Shown: positions 53,591 to 63,424, counted from the first letter of the whole stretch. The stretch is 63,424 nt of DNA, filler included, from Octopus bimaculoides (GCF_001194135.2; 6 parts of 6 records of this genome joined end to end with filler, not necessarily neighbours in it); one strand, 5' to 3'. Numbers and translations: made by a program. The notes: generated by a model not told the origin, from the sequence alone.

Positions 53591-54406
53591 TATATACATA
53601 CATACATATATATATACATATATATATATGCACACTTACTGGCATTGATGATAGTAAATGTGGACTAATGCAACATATATTTATAGAGTTTATAGAGCAA
53701 ATATTAAAGTACATTTACTGATTTGAAAGGAAAATGCTTGTCGCATGTCTTCATTGATTCCTGTTGGGTGTCGTCTCCTTTTATTGATTTGTTAGTCGGT
53801 TATAAAGGTGACTTACCCGTTTGCTTCAAGTATATATTGTATGAAAAATCAACTGTGAAAAGAAAAGTCAGATGATGGTGCCCGGAACAACACAGAAAAA
53901 GCAAACAATTACGCCAACGTAGATGCAGTTCAAATAAATGACATTCTACAAGCATTGGTGGAAACGTTCACATTTTCGTTAGCTGTGTGGACTGGGGCAA
54001 TGGGAAATAAAGTGTGTTGCTCAAGGACACAACGTGCCGCCAGGAATCGAACTCACGACCTTACTTACGATCGAGAGCTGAATAACCTAACCACCAAGTC
54101 ACGCGCCTTCTTGCAACGACAACAACAATAACAACAACAACGACGACGACGAGAAAAATTCCTTCCTGCTCACCTGATGTCAATATTGTTGAGTAGGGAC
54201 GCTTCTTTGGCTTTTTTGATGGCAAGGCTCACAGCTGATGCCGACCTGTCCCATCCGAGACGTAGATGAGTCCAAGGAAACATCAGGCCCAGACGGATTA
54301 CATGCTTTTTGTTTGTTGTGGCGTTCATTGAGATTGAATTTAGATCACTTGGTCCCAATATCAATAACACATATAAGATTTGAACGAGATCAATTGGCGA
54401 CATCAT
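37888..54406 (-). CDS. Receptor (membrane) guanylyl cyclase / natriuretic peptide receptor (NPR1/NPR2-like), 11 exons, 3'-incomplete
   Basis: 11 exons splice in frame via GT-AG with matching phases to give 567 codons. Motifs: signal peptide, GLMFPW, D-K-C...VIGPPCS...LLSSFWNLPM, VLIC, PFLHDVVYLY, GITGNVKLDENADRE, WP...PPADTPICGF, TM helix, LERKLQEMPWII, QIFT...LELKM. All are typical of the ANF-receptor domain and rGC juxtamembrane/KHD start. Exact orthology not determinable by eye. Confidence 0.93.
39971..40070 (-). CDS. rGC exon 10 (intracellular juxtamembrane)
   Basis: CTTCTTACTTTTCCAAG/ ... /GTAAGT; 100 nt; (R)KMNLERKLQEMPWIIAYESLRFADTKASSNFSV. Confidence 0.9.
40793..40868 (-). CDS. rGC exon 9 (transmembrane helix)
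   Basis: TTTTCCATTGTACAG/ ... /GTGAGT; 76 nt; (L)QEILLIIIPTILIIVIAPIAFYLR(R). Confidence 0.9.
41978..42083 (-). CDS. rGC exon 8 (juxtamembrane Cys pair)
   Basis: ATAATCTTAG/ ... /GTAAGT; 106 nt; KVEVIQNIEWPSESGQPPADTPICGFSNEKCPESK. Confidence 0.9.
43080..43600 (-). mobile_element. RTE-clade LINE 3' fragment in intron 7
   Basis: MQRSQLRYFIRMSQGRITR..ILQAKTT*RRPKSRPRTRWLGNI, matching the RTE LRWxGHVxRM...GRPRxRW motif. Confidence 0.7.
43639..43769 (-). CDS. rGC exon 7
   Basis: TTTTATTATAG/ ... /GTAAAT; 131 nt; (G)ITGNVKLDENADREPDYALWSYKADPNRFEKVIEIYMTSESQR. Confidence 0.92.
44311..44446 (-). CDS. rGC exon 6
   Basis: CTCTTTATTTCAG/ ... /GTAACT; 136 nt; GSMYSPFLHDVVYLYILTLNDTLDKGLNCRNGTLMFHTAITKQFK(G). 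Confidence 0.92.
45539..45643 (-). CDS. rGC exon 5
   Basis: CTCTATTTTACAG/ ... /GTAAGT; 105 nt, phase 0-0; LSVLKGSNEDFIKEIPLALTQPPWNYTKALENGIL. Confidence 0.88.
47109..48170. repeat. (CTT/GTT) and (CTC/CTT) trinucleotide tracts flanking an ~870-N gap in intron 4
   Basis: Direct read. Confidence 0.9.
48458..48620 (-). mobile_element. SINE family A, 5' half
   Basis: Reverse complement of head and core. Confidence 0.8.
48749..48939 (-). CDS. rGC exon 4
   Basis: CCCTTTACATTTTAG/ ... /GTAAGA; 191 nt; (I)VLICTENQRDERQIFLRARQRGMTDGSYVFFNYKHLDSIIRRPWQHQNNTNLDLKEAYKSLFQ. Confidence 0.92.
49365..49560 (+). mobile_element. Short 3' end of an RLE-type (R4-like) LINE between (TACA)n tracts
   Basis: RLNTNLEELGFPKLERRKLIRRLQIQSITGTVKICRTLQKFII* resembles the RLE-clade C-terminus. 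Confidence 0.55.
49855..50045 (-). mobile_element. SINE family A, diverged 3' half
   Basis: Reverse complement of 3' half. Confidence 0.7.
50364..50726 (-). CDS. rGC exon 3
   Basis: CTTACCCACTAG/ ... /GTATGG; 363 nt; TKSAGLLSSFWNLPMFTHASTDPVLVDKKVFSTLVRIAP...DLLDMISERGR. Confidence 0.93.
50914..51445 (+). mobile_element. mariner transposon 5' part (TIR + N-terminal transposase), in intron 2
   Basis: TIR-like TTGGGTCATCCCATGAATAATGCGG; EVTKEHIRYILLYHFNKGNNATENARNINAVYG..CQRW..F..G.YSLED.P.PGR..ELAEELG..I..YL..IGKVSKLG (Mos1/Hsmar-type); cut by a SINE. Confidence 0.88.
51447..51619 (-). mobile_element. SINE family B inserted into the mariner
   Basis: High-identity family B monomer truncating the mariner ORF. 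Confidence 0.85.
52019..52128 (-). CDS. rGC exon 2
   Basis: TCTTTTCTTATCGTTGATTTAG/ ... /GTGAGT; 110 nt; (S)LHYRDDKCNAKQGVGNLVLLRDKDRVDAVIGPPCST(S); not in the ORF track (too short). Confidence 0.93.
52290..53432 (+). mobile_element. DD37D (maT-type) IS630-Tc1-mariner transposon, decayed, in intron 1
   Basis: WLFSDEKFF..QQDSAPCH..CNPLDYYVWGAVE..EELK..RFRSRLEAMVEANGDFIE*; D2-D3 spacing is 30 aa, which fits 37 if the usual WPPNSPD (7 aa) was deleted; 3' end ...CACCGCACCCTG followed by TA. Confidence 0.85.
54174..54406 (-). CDS. rGC coding exon 1 (signal peptide + start of ligand-binding domain)
   Basis: MMSPIDLVQILYVLLILGPSDLNS...RLGLMFPWTHLRLGWDRSASAVSLAIKKAKEASLLNNIDI; donor ATCAG/GTGAG, phase 2; upstream acceptor ...ATCCAG/ opens the exon at 54438. 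Confidence 0.9.
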
Positions 54407-54568
54407 TGAAAATCGATAAAAGGAGGCTCTTTGCTCAGCTGGATTGATAAATAGGTAAACATGTATAAATATATATAAAGAAGTGATTTAAAATTCTCAA
54501 TCGCAGAATAATGCTAATAATATAGCCTGAACAGGATAAACTACCCCTATTTTGCAGAGAAAAGTGTA

Positions 54569-54646
54569 GGTGGCTAGCTGTGGACTCGAACTCACATCCC
54601 CGTGATTACGCGTCACGATGCTTTGACCGATTAAGCTATACGATAC
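54569..54646 (-). pseudogene. tRNA-like (Thr-CGT-like) remnant / SINE head
   Basis: TAGCTTAATCGGTCAAAGC (D arm/A box), CGTGA-CGCGTAA-TCACG anticodon arm (G at position 33), GAGTTCGAGTCC (B box); acceptor stem does not pair, so not a functional tRNA. Confidence 0.5.
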
Positions 54647-54767
54647 ATCTCAACTCTTCTAAAAGCAAACTTCGTTTGTTTATTTACGTTTGTCGTAATT
54701 TGAATTTAATAAATATATATATTTTAATTTCTCTGTATGCAATGCAGGAAGTAGAAAAGTATTAGAC

Positions 54768-54860
54768 TAGTGGTTCTCAACCATTTTGTACCTATGAACC
54801 CTTCTGATTCCAATTTTACTCGGTAGGGTGTGTGGGTGGGTCTCATAGCCAGTTTATCTT
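54768..54860 (+). mobile_element. Possible hAT-Charlie-type TIR fragment
   Basis: TAGTGGTTCTCAACC resembles the CAGTGGTTCTCAA terminus; no partner TIR seen. Confidence 0.35.
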
Positions 54861-56656
54861 TAAAAAATCTTATTGTATTTTTATGATTAAATATTATTAG
54901 GAATTGTATAAAAATATATTCACACATGTATACATACACACAAACACATACACACATATATACATACATTATATATCGCATGTATAGATATTACTTATAT
55001 GGCTATATTAACCCACTTGTATGCAAGTGTATGAGCGTGTAATTGTTTGTATAACTGTGTGTTGATGCGTGTATACATACATATACACACCAAAATGGCG
55101 ACAAAGTATAAACTATAAACACAATAACAACAACAACAACAACAACAGCCATAAGAAATCAACTTACTGATGTGTCTTCTTTTCTTTGATGAATGTCCGT
55201 ATGTCCATGTAATTCTTCTTCCGCTAAACCGATTCCTACTGTCAAAAGAGGAAGGGGCGAGGAATTATTTTGAGTCTTTAAAACCAAAACCCGAACTTAC
55301 AATCGATATATATANNNNNNNNNNNNNNNNNNNNNNNNNNNNNNNNNNNNNNNNNNNNNNNNNNNNNNNNNNNNNNNNNNNNNNNNNNNNNNNNNNNNNN
55401 NNNNNNNNNNNNNNNNNNNNNNNNNNNNNNNNNNNTATATATATATATATATATATATATATCTTTTACTCTTTTACTTTTATGAAGCCGATAAACCCTT
55501 TCTATAAACCCTATGCATTTTCTACACAACTTATACAATGTATACACGCAACAGATACTTATACATGCAACAGATGCATATTCTGTATACAAATAAAGGC
55601 AATCATCACGCTGCTTATTTGTGGTATTTTTTTGCTGTGGCCTTTACCCGGTCTATACACGGTCTATTGACTTAGGATTTATACGTTGCCAATAGAGATG
55701 AACCCAGAATACATCGTCTCCCTGTTGCTTACACAAATAGCATATAAAACATATATACTTTCAACATATAAACCATTCACGTTCTATTATTCATAACTAG
55801 CCTATACCTAGTTTACATACAGCTTATCAATACGTTATACACACTGTACACTCGTACACAGTTTATAGACAGCCATCGAAGATAATTTATGAAGAATATA
55901 CACAAAAAATCGTCTTAGAAATACCGTCTACTCATTGCAATTAAGAGTCTGTATATAACTTATACGCACTGGTTACTTATACGATGCATACAGTCTATTT
56001 ATACGCAATCAACAGACCCTAGATAAAGTCTATGTACACCTATTGATACAGTCTATATACAACAAACACAACATAAAAAACATCTATATACAGCCTATAG
56101 AAAGCTTATGCATACATCTATATATATATAGTCTTGTACACAAACTATACAATCTAAATATAGCCAATAAGAGCCTATATATATATATATGCCAGCAAAC
56201 TAAACAACGTATACAAACAATACATAGATATTAAAAAATCATATACACCACCTACATACAGCTACCTATATACCCACAAGGCAAAATATATGATAGTATA
56301 TATACAAAACTTATACACACTGTCAGCTAATTGTACAATATATACATGCTATAGCATATATGCCCACAACGTTCATTATACAATATACCCACAGCCTAAT
56401 ACACACAAAGCTTATAGACATAGTCTACATACAGCGGTGTATATATGTACCAACAGTGCATACTATAGAAATATACAAAACTTATACATGCACAACTTAT
56501 TATACACAATATGCACACAACAGCCTATATACTCACAACGCATATTGCAGAATACATACGCAACGTATACACACACAACTATTTATACAATATATTCATA
56601 CAACAGCATATACCTACAACCTAATACACCCAGAACTTATATATACATACAGCAGC

Positions 56657-56690
<34 letters not shown>

Positions 56691-56820
56691 NNNNNNNNNN
56701 NNNNNNNNNNNNNNNNNNNNNNNNNNNNNNNNNNTTAATTAATTAANNNNNNNNNNNNNNNNNNNNNNNNNNNNNNNNNNNNNNNNNNNNTAATTGACGA
56801 TTCCCTGCCCTCATTTCTTG

Positions 56821-56884
<64 letters not shown>

Positions 56885-56886
<2 letters not shown>

Positions 56887-57105
56887 TGTATATCTTTGTA
56901 TGTCTGTGTTTATCCCCCCAACATCACTTGACAACCGATGCTGGTGTGTTTATGTCCCCGTCACTTAGCGGTTCGGCAAAAGAGACCGATAGAATAAGTA
57001 CTAGGCTTACAAAGAATAAGTCCGGGGTCGATTTGCTCGACTAAAGGCGGTGCTCCAGCATGGCCACAGTCAAATGACTGAAACAGGTAAAAGAGTAAAA
57101 GAATA
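56885..57105 (+). mobile_element. SINE family A, 3' half
   Basis: Near-identical to 11650-11850. Confidence 0.85.
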
Positions 57106-58835
57106 AAAGAACAATTTCTAAGAAATTATATGCACCAGCACGGCCACACCCTTTGTCTGAAATGAATAAAAAGAATAGCGCAGAAAAAGAGAACGATTTC
57201 ACTTCTCTTTCAATATATACACCTTTGTTAAACATCTGAATAATGTCAACTGGACAGCATCTTTGCATTTGGATAGTTCTAAATTCTTGCTTGTATATAC
57301 GTGTTAGAGAAACTCTTTGTTCAGTTTCACTCGGCTTTCTCGTTGTGTTTGGGGCAAAGGTCGATATCATTTATTAATTGGTTCGACTTTTCAAATTCAC
57401 AAAACAACATATCACATTCCTTTACGGTCAATTCCTTTGTACGTTGTTCATTGTCATGTACCACCTTGTTGTTAGTTTTTCTCTGTATTCACTATTGATC
57501 CAAATTAAGAAAACATTGGACTATTTTTCCATTAAAACATTGTCTCCATTAACAGCTTCACCTCTTACACAAGCATTATCATTTCTTATTCTATTTTTCA
57601 ATTTGTAAGCCCAGCCAGAAGTAGCTGTTTCTTTAGTTGCAGCTAAAATCTCATTTTCTTTTATTAATTTTTATTAATCACACAGAAAATGCTTAAAGCT
57701 TTCCTTTTAATAATCAATGTCCTTCGGGGAATTCGTTTTTAGTCGCAATCTTCCATCCACGAAGATGAAAGACGCTCCTATTTCAATCATAATACAGCTT
57801 CCATTTCTTGTTTGTGTATCTAAAGTTGATTCAGCTTCAACGTTTGCCTTATAGTCATAAATACTTCTTGTAATTGTTCAAAACATTGTTTCATTCATTA
57901 ACATTAACAAGTCTCACCAACTTATTTGCTGTACTATCACCGTTCATGCACTTTTACAGCATCCACTCAATCATCTACAATTAACATTTTCATTTTCATA
58001 TTAACGCTAGAACGTTTCTTGTTAACCTCCTTTTATTTAATGTTGAAAAATTAGATTACGTGTTGCTTCTTATGGTTTAAATAACTATGTTAACAGGAGT
58101 TAAGATTCTACACATTACATACAAATAGCTGCGTATAAAGACAACCAGGATGGAAAATCATAGCCATCTTTGATATAGTGGATACTGCTAAATATATTAC
58201 GCGAATTCGTTGTCTTATACACGTTATTCTGGTTACGTTGGTTTCAAGTAAATCTGGGCTAAAATGAGAGAAATATTAAGATTTTGATGATCAGTGTAAA
58301 TTTTTTTCCATATAGATTGTATGTGGAGGGGGTGTAACAATAGAATATATAGGTTTGACTGAAAACAAAAATATTGCCGTTGCGATTTACGACAGAAAAG
58401 AGATATTTGCGCCAAATGAAACATGAATAACAGGTACGTGTCAGTAATGAGTGTAACTGACCTTGGGCGGGTTAATTTCGTCACATTCCATATCAGAGTT
58501 GAGTAGCGTAAATACATGCAGTGAGTTGGCTTAAGCAGTGTCACGACCACTAACTTGCTCAAAGAAAAAGCACCAAAGACGAAACTGTCAATGAGGTCTC
58601 ATTGTGTTGTTTATCCCAAAATGTTTATTTACAACACAAAGATTCTAACGAGTGAAACATATGTTCCTTTTATTGTTTTGCTTTGTTTTTTTTTTTTGTT
58701 TGTTTTTTTTTTTNNNNNNNNNNNNNNNNNNNNNNNNNNNNNNNNNNNNNNNNNNNNTTAATTAATTAANNNNNNNNNNNNNNNNNNNNNNNNNNNNNNN
58801 NNNNNNNNNNNNNAGAGAGAGAGAGAGAGAGAGAC

Positions 58836-58882
<47 letters not shown>

Positions 58883-59080
58883 CACACATACACATATATA
58901 TATATATATACACTTAATGTATCTCAACAGATTTTCTATAAATTTTAGAGTCACTCCTAAAAATATTTGCAATGTCAAATCCAGGAATTAAGAGTAAGTG
59001 ATCAGAAAAATAAAACCAAACAAAAACATCATATCATGTACAGAGTAGTTAGCTTAATTAAAGAGTCTTCATTATTTCTG

Positions 59081-59850
59081 ACATGGCTAAGACGGTGAGC
59101 TGACCGAATCGTTAGCACGCTGGACAAAATACTTAGCGGTATTTCGCCCGTCGCTACATCTTGAGTTCAAATTCCGCCGAGGTCGACTTTACCTTTCATC
59201 CTTTCAGGATCGATAAAACAAGTATCAGTTGAACACTGGGGTCGATGTAATCGACTTACCCCCTCCACCGAAGTTGCTTGCCTTATTCCAAAATCTGAAG
59301 CCCTTATTTCCAACATGGCTAAGGCGGCGAGCTTGCAGAACCGTGTTTAGCAGTATTTCGTCCATCTTGGCGGTATTTCGTCCGTCTTATGTTCAAATTC
59401 TACATTTCGTCCGTATTTACGTTCTGAGATCAAATTCCACCGAGGTCGACTTTGCCTTTTCCTCCTGTCAAGGTCGATAAAATAAGTACCAGTTGAGCAC
59501 TGAGGTCAATCTGATCGATAAACCCCTTCCCTTCAAAATTTCAGGCTTGTTCCTATAGTAGAAAGGTTTATTACTAACACGGCATAACATTGGAGAAAAA
59601 ATACCCTTTACATTCTAAGTTCAAATAACACCTGTGTTAACTTTGCCTTTCATCTTTTATTTGTCGATAAAACAAAGTACCAGTCATGCACTTGGACCAA
59701 TGTACTGCCTCCCCTCAAAATTTCTGGCTTTGAGCCTCAATCAGAAACCGTTATAAAGGCAATAAGCTGGTAGAATCCTTAGACTATCGGTAAACTGCTT
59801 TGAAGTACTTGTTATTTGTTCCGGTTCTTTATAAATCCTGCCAACTAACC
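59081..59850 (+). mobile_element. Head-to-tail array of 3-4 SINE family B monomers
   Basis: Heads CATGGCTAAG(A/G)CGG at ~59081 and ~59314; further decayed units to ~59850. Confidence 0.75.
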
Positions 59851-60322
59851 CTTGGATTTCACACTTTCTCCCCTTTTCCCACCAACCTCGGGAACGTTCA
59901 TAAAGGTGTAATAGGTTCTGCCCTTCCTCGTGTGACTAAGCTTTTTAATAAAATGTGCAAAATATAATAAAATTATAAAAATTAAAATACATAATAAATG
60001 ACATGAGACTAATTCAATAGATTTGCTGTAGTTTGTATTCCGCAGTTATTGTTGTTGTTGTTGTTGCTCTGCGTTGTTGTAAAATTTATTTAATGCCTCA
60101 ACACAGACAAATCTGATAATTTAGTTGAACTCTCATTAGGATTAAATGGAATTTAAAAAGAAATTTTTATAAAGAAATAAAAGTGTATAAAAAAAAAGAT
60201 CTGTAAAGAATATAACAAATTTAGGAGTATAATCATTACTCACACCGTATTCATTAGGTTATGAAACACACACGTCTAGCATGATGGGGAGAGGGTAGAA
60301 TTAATTATATTTATGGGAAAAC

Positions 60323-60702
60323 TAAGGCGGCGAGCTGGCAGAATCGTTAGCACGCCGGACGAAATGCATAGCGGTATTTCGTCTGCCGCTACGTTCTGAG
60401 TTCAAATTCCGCCGAGGTCGACTTTGCCTTTCTTCCTTTCGAGGTCGACTAAATAATAAGTACCAGTTACGCATTGGGGTCGATATAATCGACTTAATCC
60501 CTTTGTCTGTCCTTGTTTGTCCCCTCTATGTTTAGCCCCTTGTGGGCAGTAAAGAAATAAGAAACATTAGCACGCCGCACGAAATGATTAGCGGTATTTC
60601 GTCTGTCTTTACGTTCCGAGTTCAAATTCCGCCGAGGTCGACTTTGCCTTTCTTCCTTTCGAGGTCGACTAAATAATAAGTACCAGTTACGCATTGGGGT
60701 CG
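60323..60702 (+). mobile_element. SINE family B, dimeric copy (runs into gap)
   Basis: Head + body + linker CCCTTTGTCTGTCCTTGTTTGTCCCCTCTATGTTTAGCCCCTTGTGGGC + second body. Confidence 0.85.
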
Positions 60703-61389
60703 NNNNNNNNNNNNNNNNNNNNNNNNNNNNNNNNNNNNNNNNNNNNNNNNNNNNNNNNNNNNNNNNNNNNNNNNNNNNNNNNNNNNNNNNNNNNNNNNNN
60801 NNNNNNNNNNNNNNNNNNNNNNNNNNNNNNNNNNNNNNNNNNNNNNNNNNNNNNNNNNNNNNNNNNNNNNNNNNNNNNNNNNNNNNNNNNNNNNNNNNNN
60901 NNNNNNNNNNNNNNNNNNNNNNNNNNNNNNNNNNNNNNNNNNNNNNNNNNNNNNNNNNNNNNNNNNNNNNNNNNNNNNNNNNNNNNNNNNNNNNNNNNNN
61001 NNNNNNNNNNNNNNNNNNNNNNNNNNNNNNNNNNNNNNNNNNNNNNNNNNNNNNNNNNNNNNNNNNNNNNNNNNNNNNNNNNNNNNNNNNNNNNNNNNNN
61101 NNNNNNNNNNNNNNNNNNNNNNNNNNNNNNNNNNNNNNNNNNNNNNNNNNNNNNNNNNNNNNNNNNNNNNNNNNNNNNNNNNNNNNNNNNNNNNNNNNNN
61201 NNNNNNNNNNNNNNNNNNNNNNNNNNNNNNNNNNNNNNNNNNNNNNNNNNNNNNNNNNNNNNNNNNNNNNNNNNNNNNNNNNNNNNNNNNNNNNNNNNNN
61301 NNNNNNNNNNNNNNNNNNNNNNNNNNNNNNNNNNNNNNNNNNNNNNNNNNNNNNNNNNNNNNNNNNNNNNNNNNNNNNNNNNNNNNNNN

Positions 61390-61692
61390 AGTGTTTATTG
61401 AGCGAAATCACCTAAAGTTCCACGAGGCTCCGGCAGGGGATGGTGGCGAACCCTGCTGTACTCTTCCACCACAACTTTCTCTCACTCTTACTTCCTGTTT
61501 CTGTTGTACCTGTATTTCAAAGGGCCAGCCTTGTCACACTGTGTCACGCTGAATATCCCCGAGAATTACGTTAAGGGTACACGTGTCTGTGGAGTGCTCA
61601 GCCACTTGCACGTTAATTTCACGAGCAGGCTGTTCCATTGATCGGATCAACTGGAACCCTCGACGTCGTAAGCGACGGAGAGCCAACAACAC
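61390..61692 (+). mobile_element. SINE family C (head lost in gap)
   Basis: Reverse complement of the 21977-22280 body. Confidence 0.85.
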
Positions 61693-61814
61693 AAACTCAT
61701 GTACATAATGGTGAGTTGTTTGTTACATTTACCGATGAAGACTGCATTTAATACGTTTTGTTGTTTTGCCCTTTTTGGTCATTTTATAATACCGTAATAG
61801 TTTTACGTGTATTA

Positions 61815-62100
61815 CGAGAGCAACTGGCTACGACACAAAAGGCCATAGAAAGATCCATACTTGGAATATCATTAAGGGATCGTATATGAAACGAGATAAT
61901 TGAAGAACAGAATGGAATGAATATGACCACGAAGAATTGAAAGCACAAATTCTGCTGCACCGGTATGTCGCTTGATTTATAGAGGCAATAGTTGATCTTA
62001 TCCAAGAGAGCAGAATAGACCATTCGGCAGATCTCCAAGACGATGGGAGGACCCAATCCGGGCCCACGTGGAAGAGAAGCGCACAATTAAAGGAAGAATT
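61815..62100 (+). mobile_element. RTE-clade LINE 3' fragment
   Basis: EQLATTQKAIERSILGISLRDRI*NEII...RPFGRSPRRWED, the RTE TQRxMER..LxDxIxNE / GRPxxRW signature. Confidence 0.7.
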
Positions 62101-62145
62101 AAAGCACATTATGACCATCGATATATAAGGGCATTTGATAGTCTA

Positions 62146-63030
62146 GTCGAGAAAGGGATAAAAAGTTTAACCAAAGGCTAGGGACCAACCTGGCGGCGGC
62201 CTCCCGCCGGCGAGCCGCCGGTGCAATCGAAAGGCCGTCTTCTCGGCGGCGATATGGTCGAGAAAGGGATAAAAGATTTAACCAAAAGCTAGGGACCAGC
62301 CTGGCTGTCCAAACCAGTGATTATGTCCAATTCTTCCACTTCAGAATGCCTGGAATTATCTTTCTGTCCATATATTGATCCATCCCGCTTCTCCACCGGC
62401 TATTCCTGGAAGGATTGCCGGGGCAGAGCCGTCAGGCGTTTCCTCCATAANNNNNNNNNNNNNNNNNNNNGAAGAATTAAAGCACATTATGACCATCGAT
62501 ATATAAGGGCATTTGATAGTCTAGTCGAGAAAGGGATAAAAAGTTTAACCAAAGGCTAGGGACCAACCTGGCGGCGGCCTCCCGCCGGCGAGCCGCCGGT
62601 GCAATCGAAAGGCCGTCTTCTCGGCGGCGATATGGTCGAGAAAGGGATAAAAGATTTAACCAAAAGCTAGGGACCAGCCTGGCTGTCCAAACCAGTGATT
62701 ATGTCCAATTCTTCCACTTCAGAATGCCTGGAATTATCTTTCTGTCCATATATTGATCCATCCCGCTTCTCCACCGGCTATTCCTGGAAGGATTGCCGGG
62801 GCAGAGCCGTCAGGCGTTTCCTCCATAAGGTTTTATTTGAAGCAAAGGTTGTTACACTTTCCGGCTGGTTTCCTAAGAAGATTAACTGAGACCATAGATA
62901 TTATCCAAACATCTGGTTCTTGGTCTACCCCTAGGTCTCCTGCTGGTTGACTCGGCTTGAAGAATCCATCTTGCGACACTTTCCTACGACCCTCTAATCA
63001 CGTCTGTAGTACCAGAGCTGTGAACTCTCT
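62146..63030 (-). mobile_element. RTE-like LINE 3' end and UTR (partly duplicated across a 20-N gap)
   Basis: Similar to 43080-43230 (AACTGAGAC..GATATT..TTCTTGGTCTAC..TAGGTCTCC..GGCTTGAAGAATCC). Confidence 0.6.
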
Positions 63031-63294
63031 ATTTATTTATTTATTTATTTATTTCGAGCTGCTGTCAACTTACTCAGCTATTCAAAAGGAATGTTGACTG
63101 CGTTGCTCTAACCAATCTCGAAAGGCATCTGAAAAGCAAGGGTGCAGTCTTTCCTTTCGCTCCGGGTCAACGTCCGATCGACTGCGTGGTGACTTCCTTT
63201 CTGTCTATTGGGTTACATTCTGTCACTATACTATATCATCCTATATGATGCTATACATACATACACACATGCATACGTGTGTGTGTATATATTC

Positions 63295-63424
63295 TTTTAT
63301 TCTTTTACTTGTTTCAGTCATTTGACTACGGCCATGCTGGAGCACCGCCTTTTAGTCGATAAAATCGACCCCAAAACTTATTCTTTGTAAGCTGGTACTT
63401 ATTCTATTGTCCAGTTTTTGCCGA
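63295..63424 (-). mobile_element. SINE family A, 3' half (runs off window)
   Basis: TTGTTTCAGTCATTTGACTACGGCCATGCTGGAGCACCGCC. Confidence 0.85.

Noticed and set aside
53817-53852. 36-nt segment as a normal coding exon
   Set aside because: Its open frame needs phase 1, but exon 1 ends in phase 2, and exons 1 and 2 already join in frame; kept only as a poison-exon hypothesis.
54569-54646. Functional tRNA-Thr(CGT) gene
   Set aside because: Acceptor stem unpaired, G instead of U33, T-stem deletion.
55093-55101. AAAATGGCG YY1-like motif as promoter mark
   Set aside because: A single short motif with no other promoter evidence; expected by chance.
6707-58978. Dozens of ORFs rich in YI/CV/HT/MYV repeats or X
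   Set aside because: They are translations of (TA)n, (CA)n, (TACA)n, (GATA)n microsatellites or N gaps, not genes.
62093-62828. 358-bp direct repeat (62093-62450 / 62471-62828)
   Set aside because: Apparently identical copies separated only by 20 Ns: assembly overlap artefact, not a biological duplication or LTR.

Overview
AT-rich, microsatellite- and transposon-dense animal DNA. The SINE types and CA/TA/TACA microsatellite load suggest an octopus-type cephalopod draft assembly (inference). One host gene is supported, on the minus strand: 11 phase-compatible GT-AG exons (54406 to 37888; 1701 nt, 567 codons) encoding a membrane receptor guanylyl cyclase / natriuretic-peptide-receptor-like protein. 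It comprises a signal peptide, ANF-receptor ligand-binding domain, juxtamembrane Cys pair, transmembrane helix and the start of the kinase-homology domain (KHD). I could not find the rest of the KHD or the cyclase domain in the remaining ~37 kb. The gene stops ~500 bp before one of five artificial 100-bp joins (N44-TTAATTAATTAA-N44). The rest of the window is mobile DNA: three tRNA-derived SINE families (including a dimeric form and head-to-tail arrays), R4/Dong-like, L1/Tx1-like, RTE and CR1/Jockey-like LINE remnants, a Penelope-like element with a twin-priming-type inversion, mariner/Tc1/DD37D and hAT remnants, a non-autonomous Helitron and an intact 663-bp MITE with 8-bp TSD and internal telomere-like repeats. 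There are also three long inverted-repeat pairs and three degenerate hammerhead-ribozyme-like motifs. Exon and TSD coordinates were counted by hand; boundaries and identities of decayed repeats are approximate, by-eye estimates.
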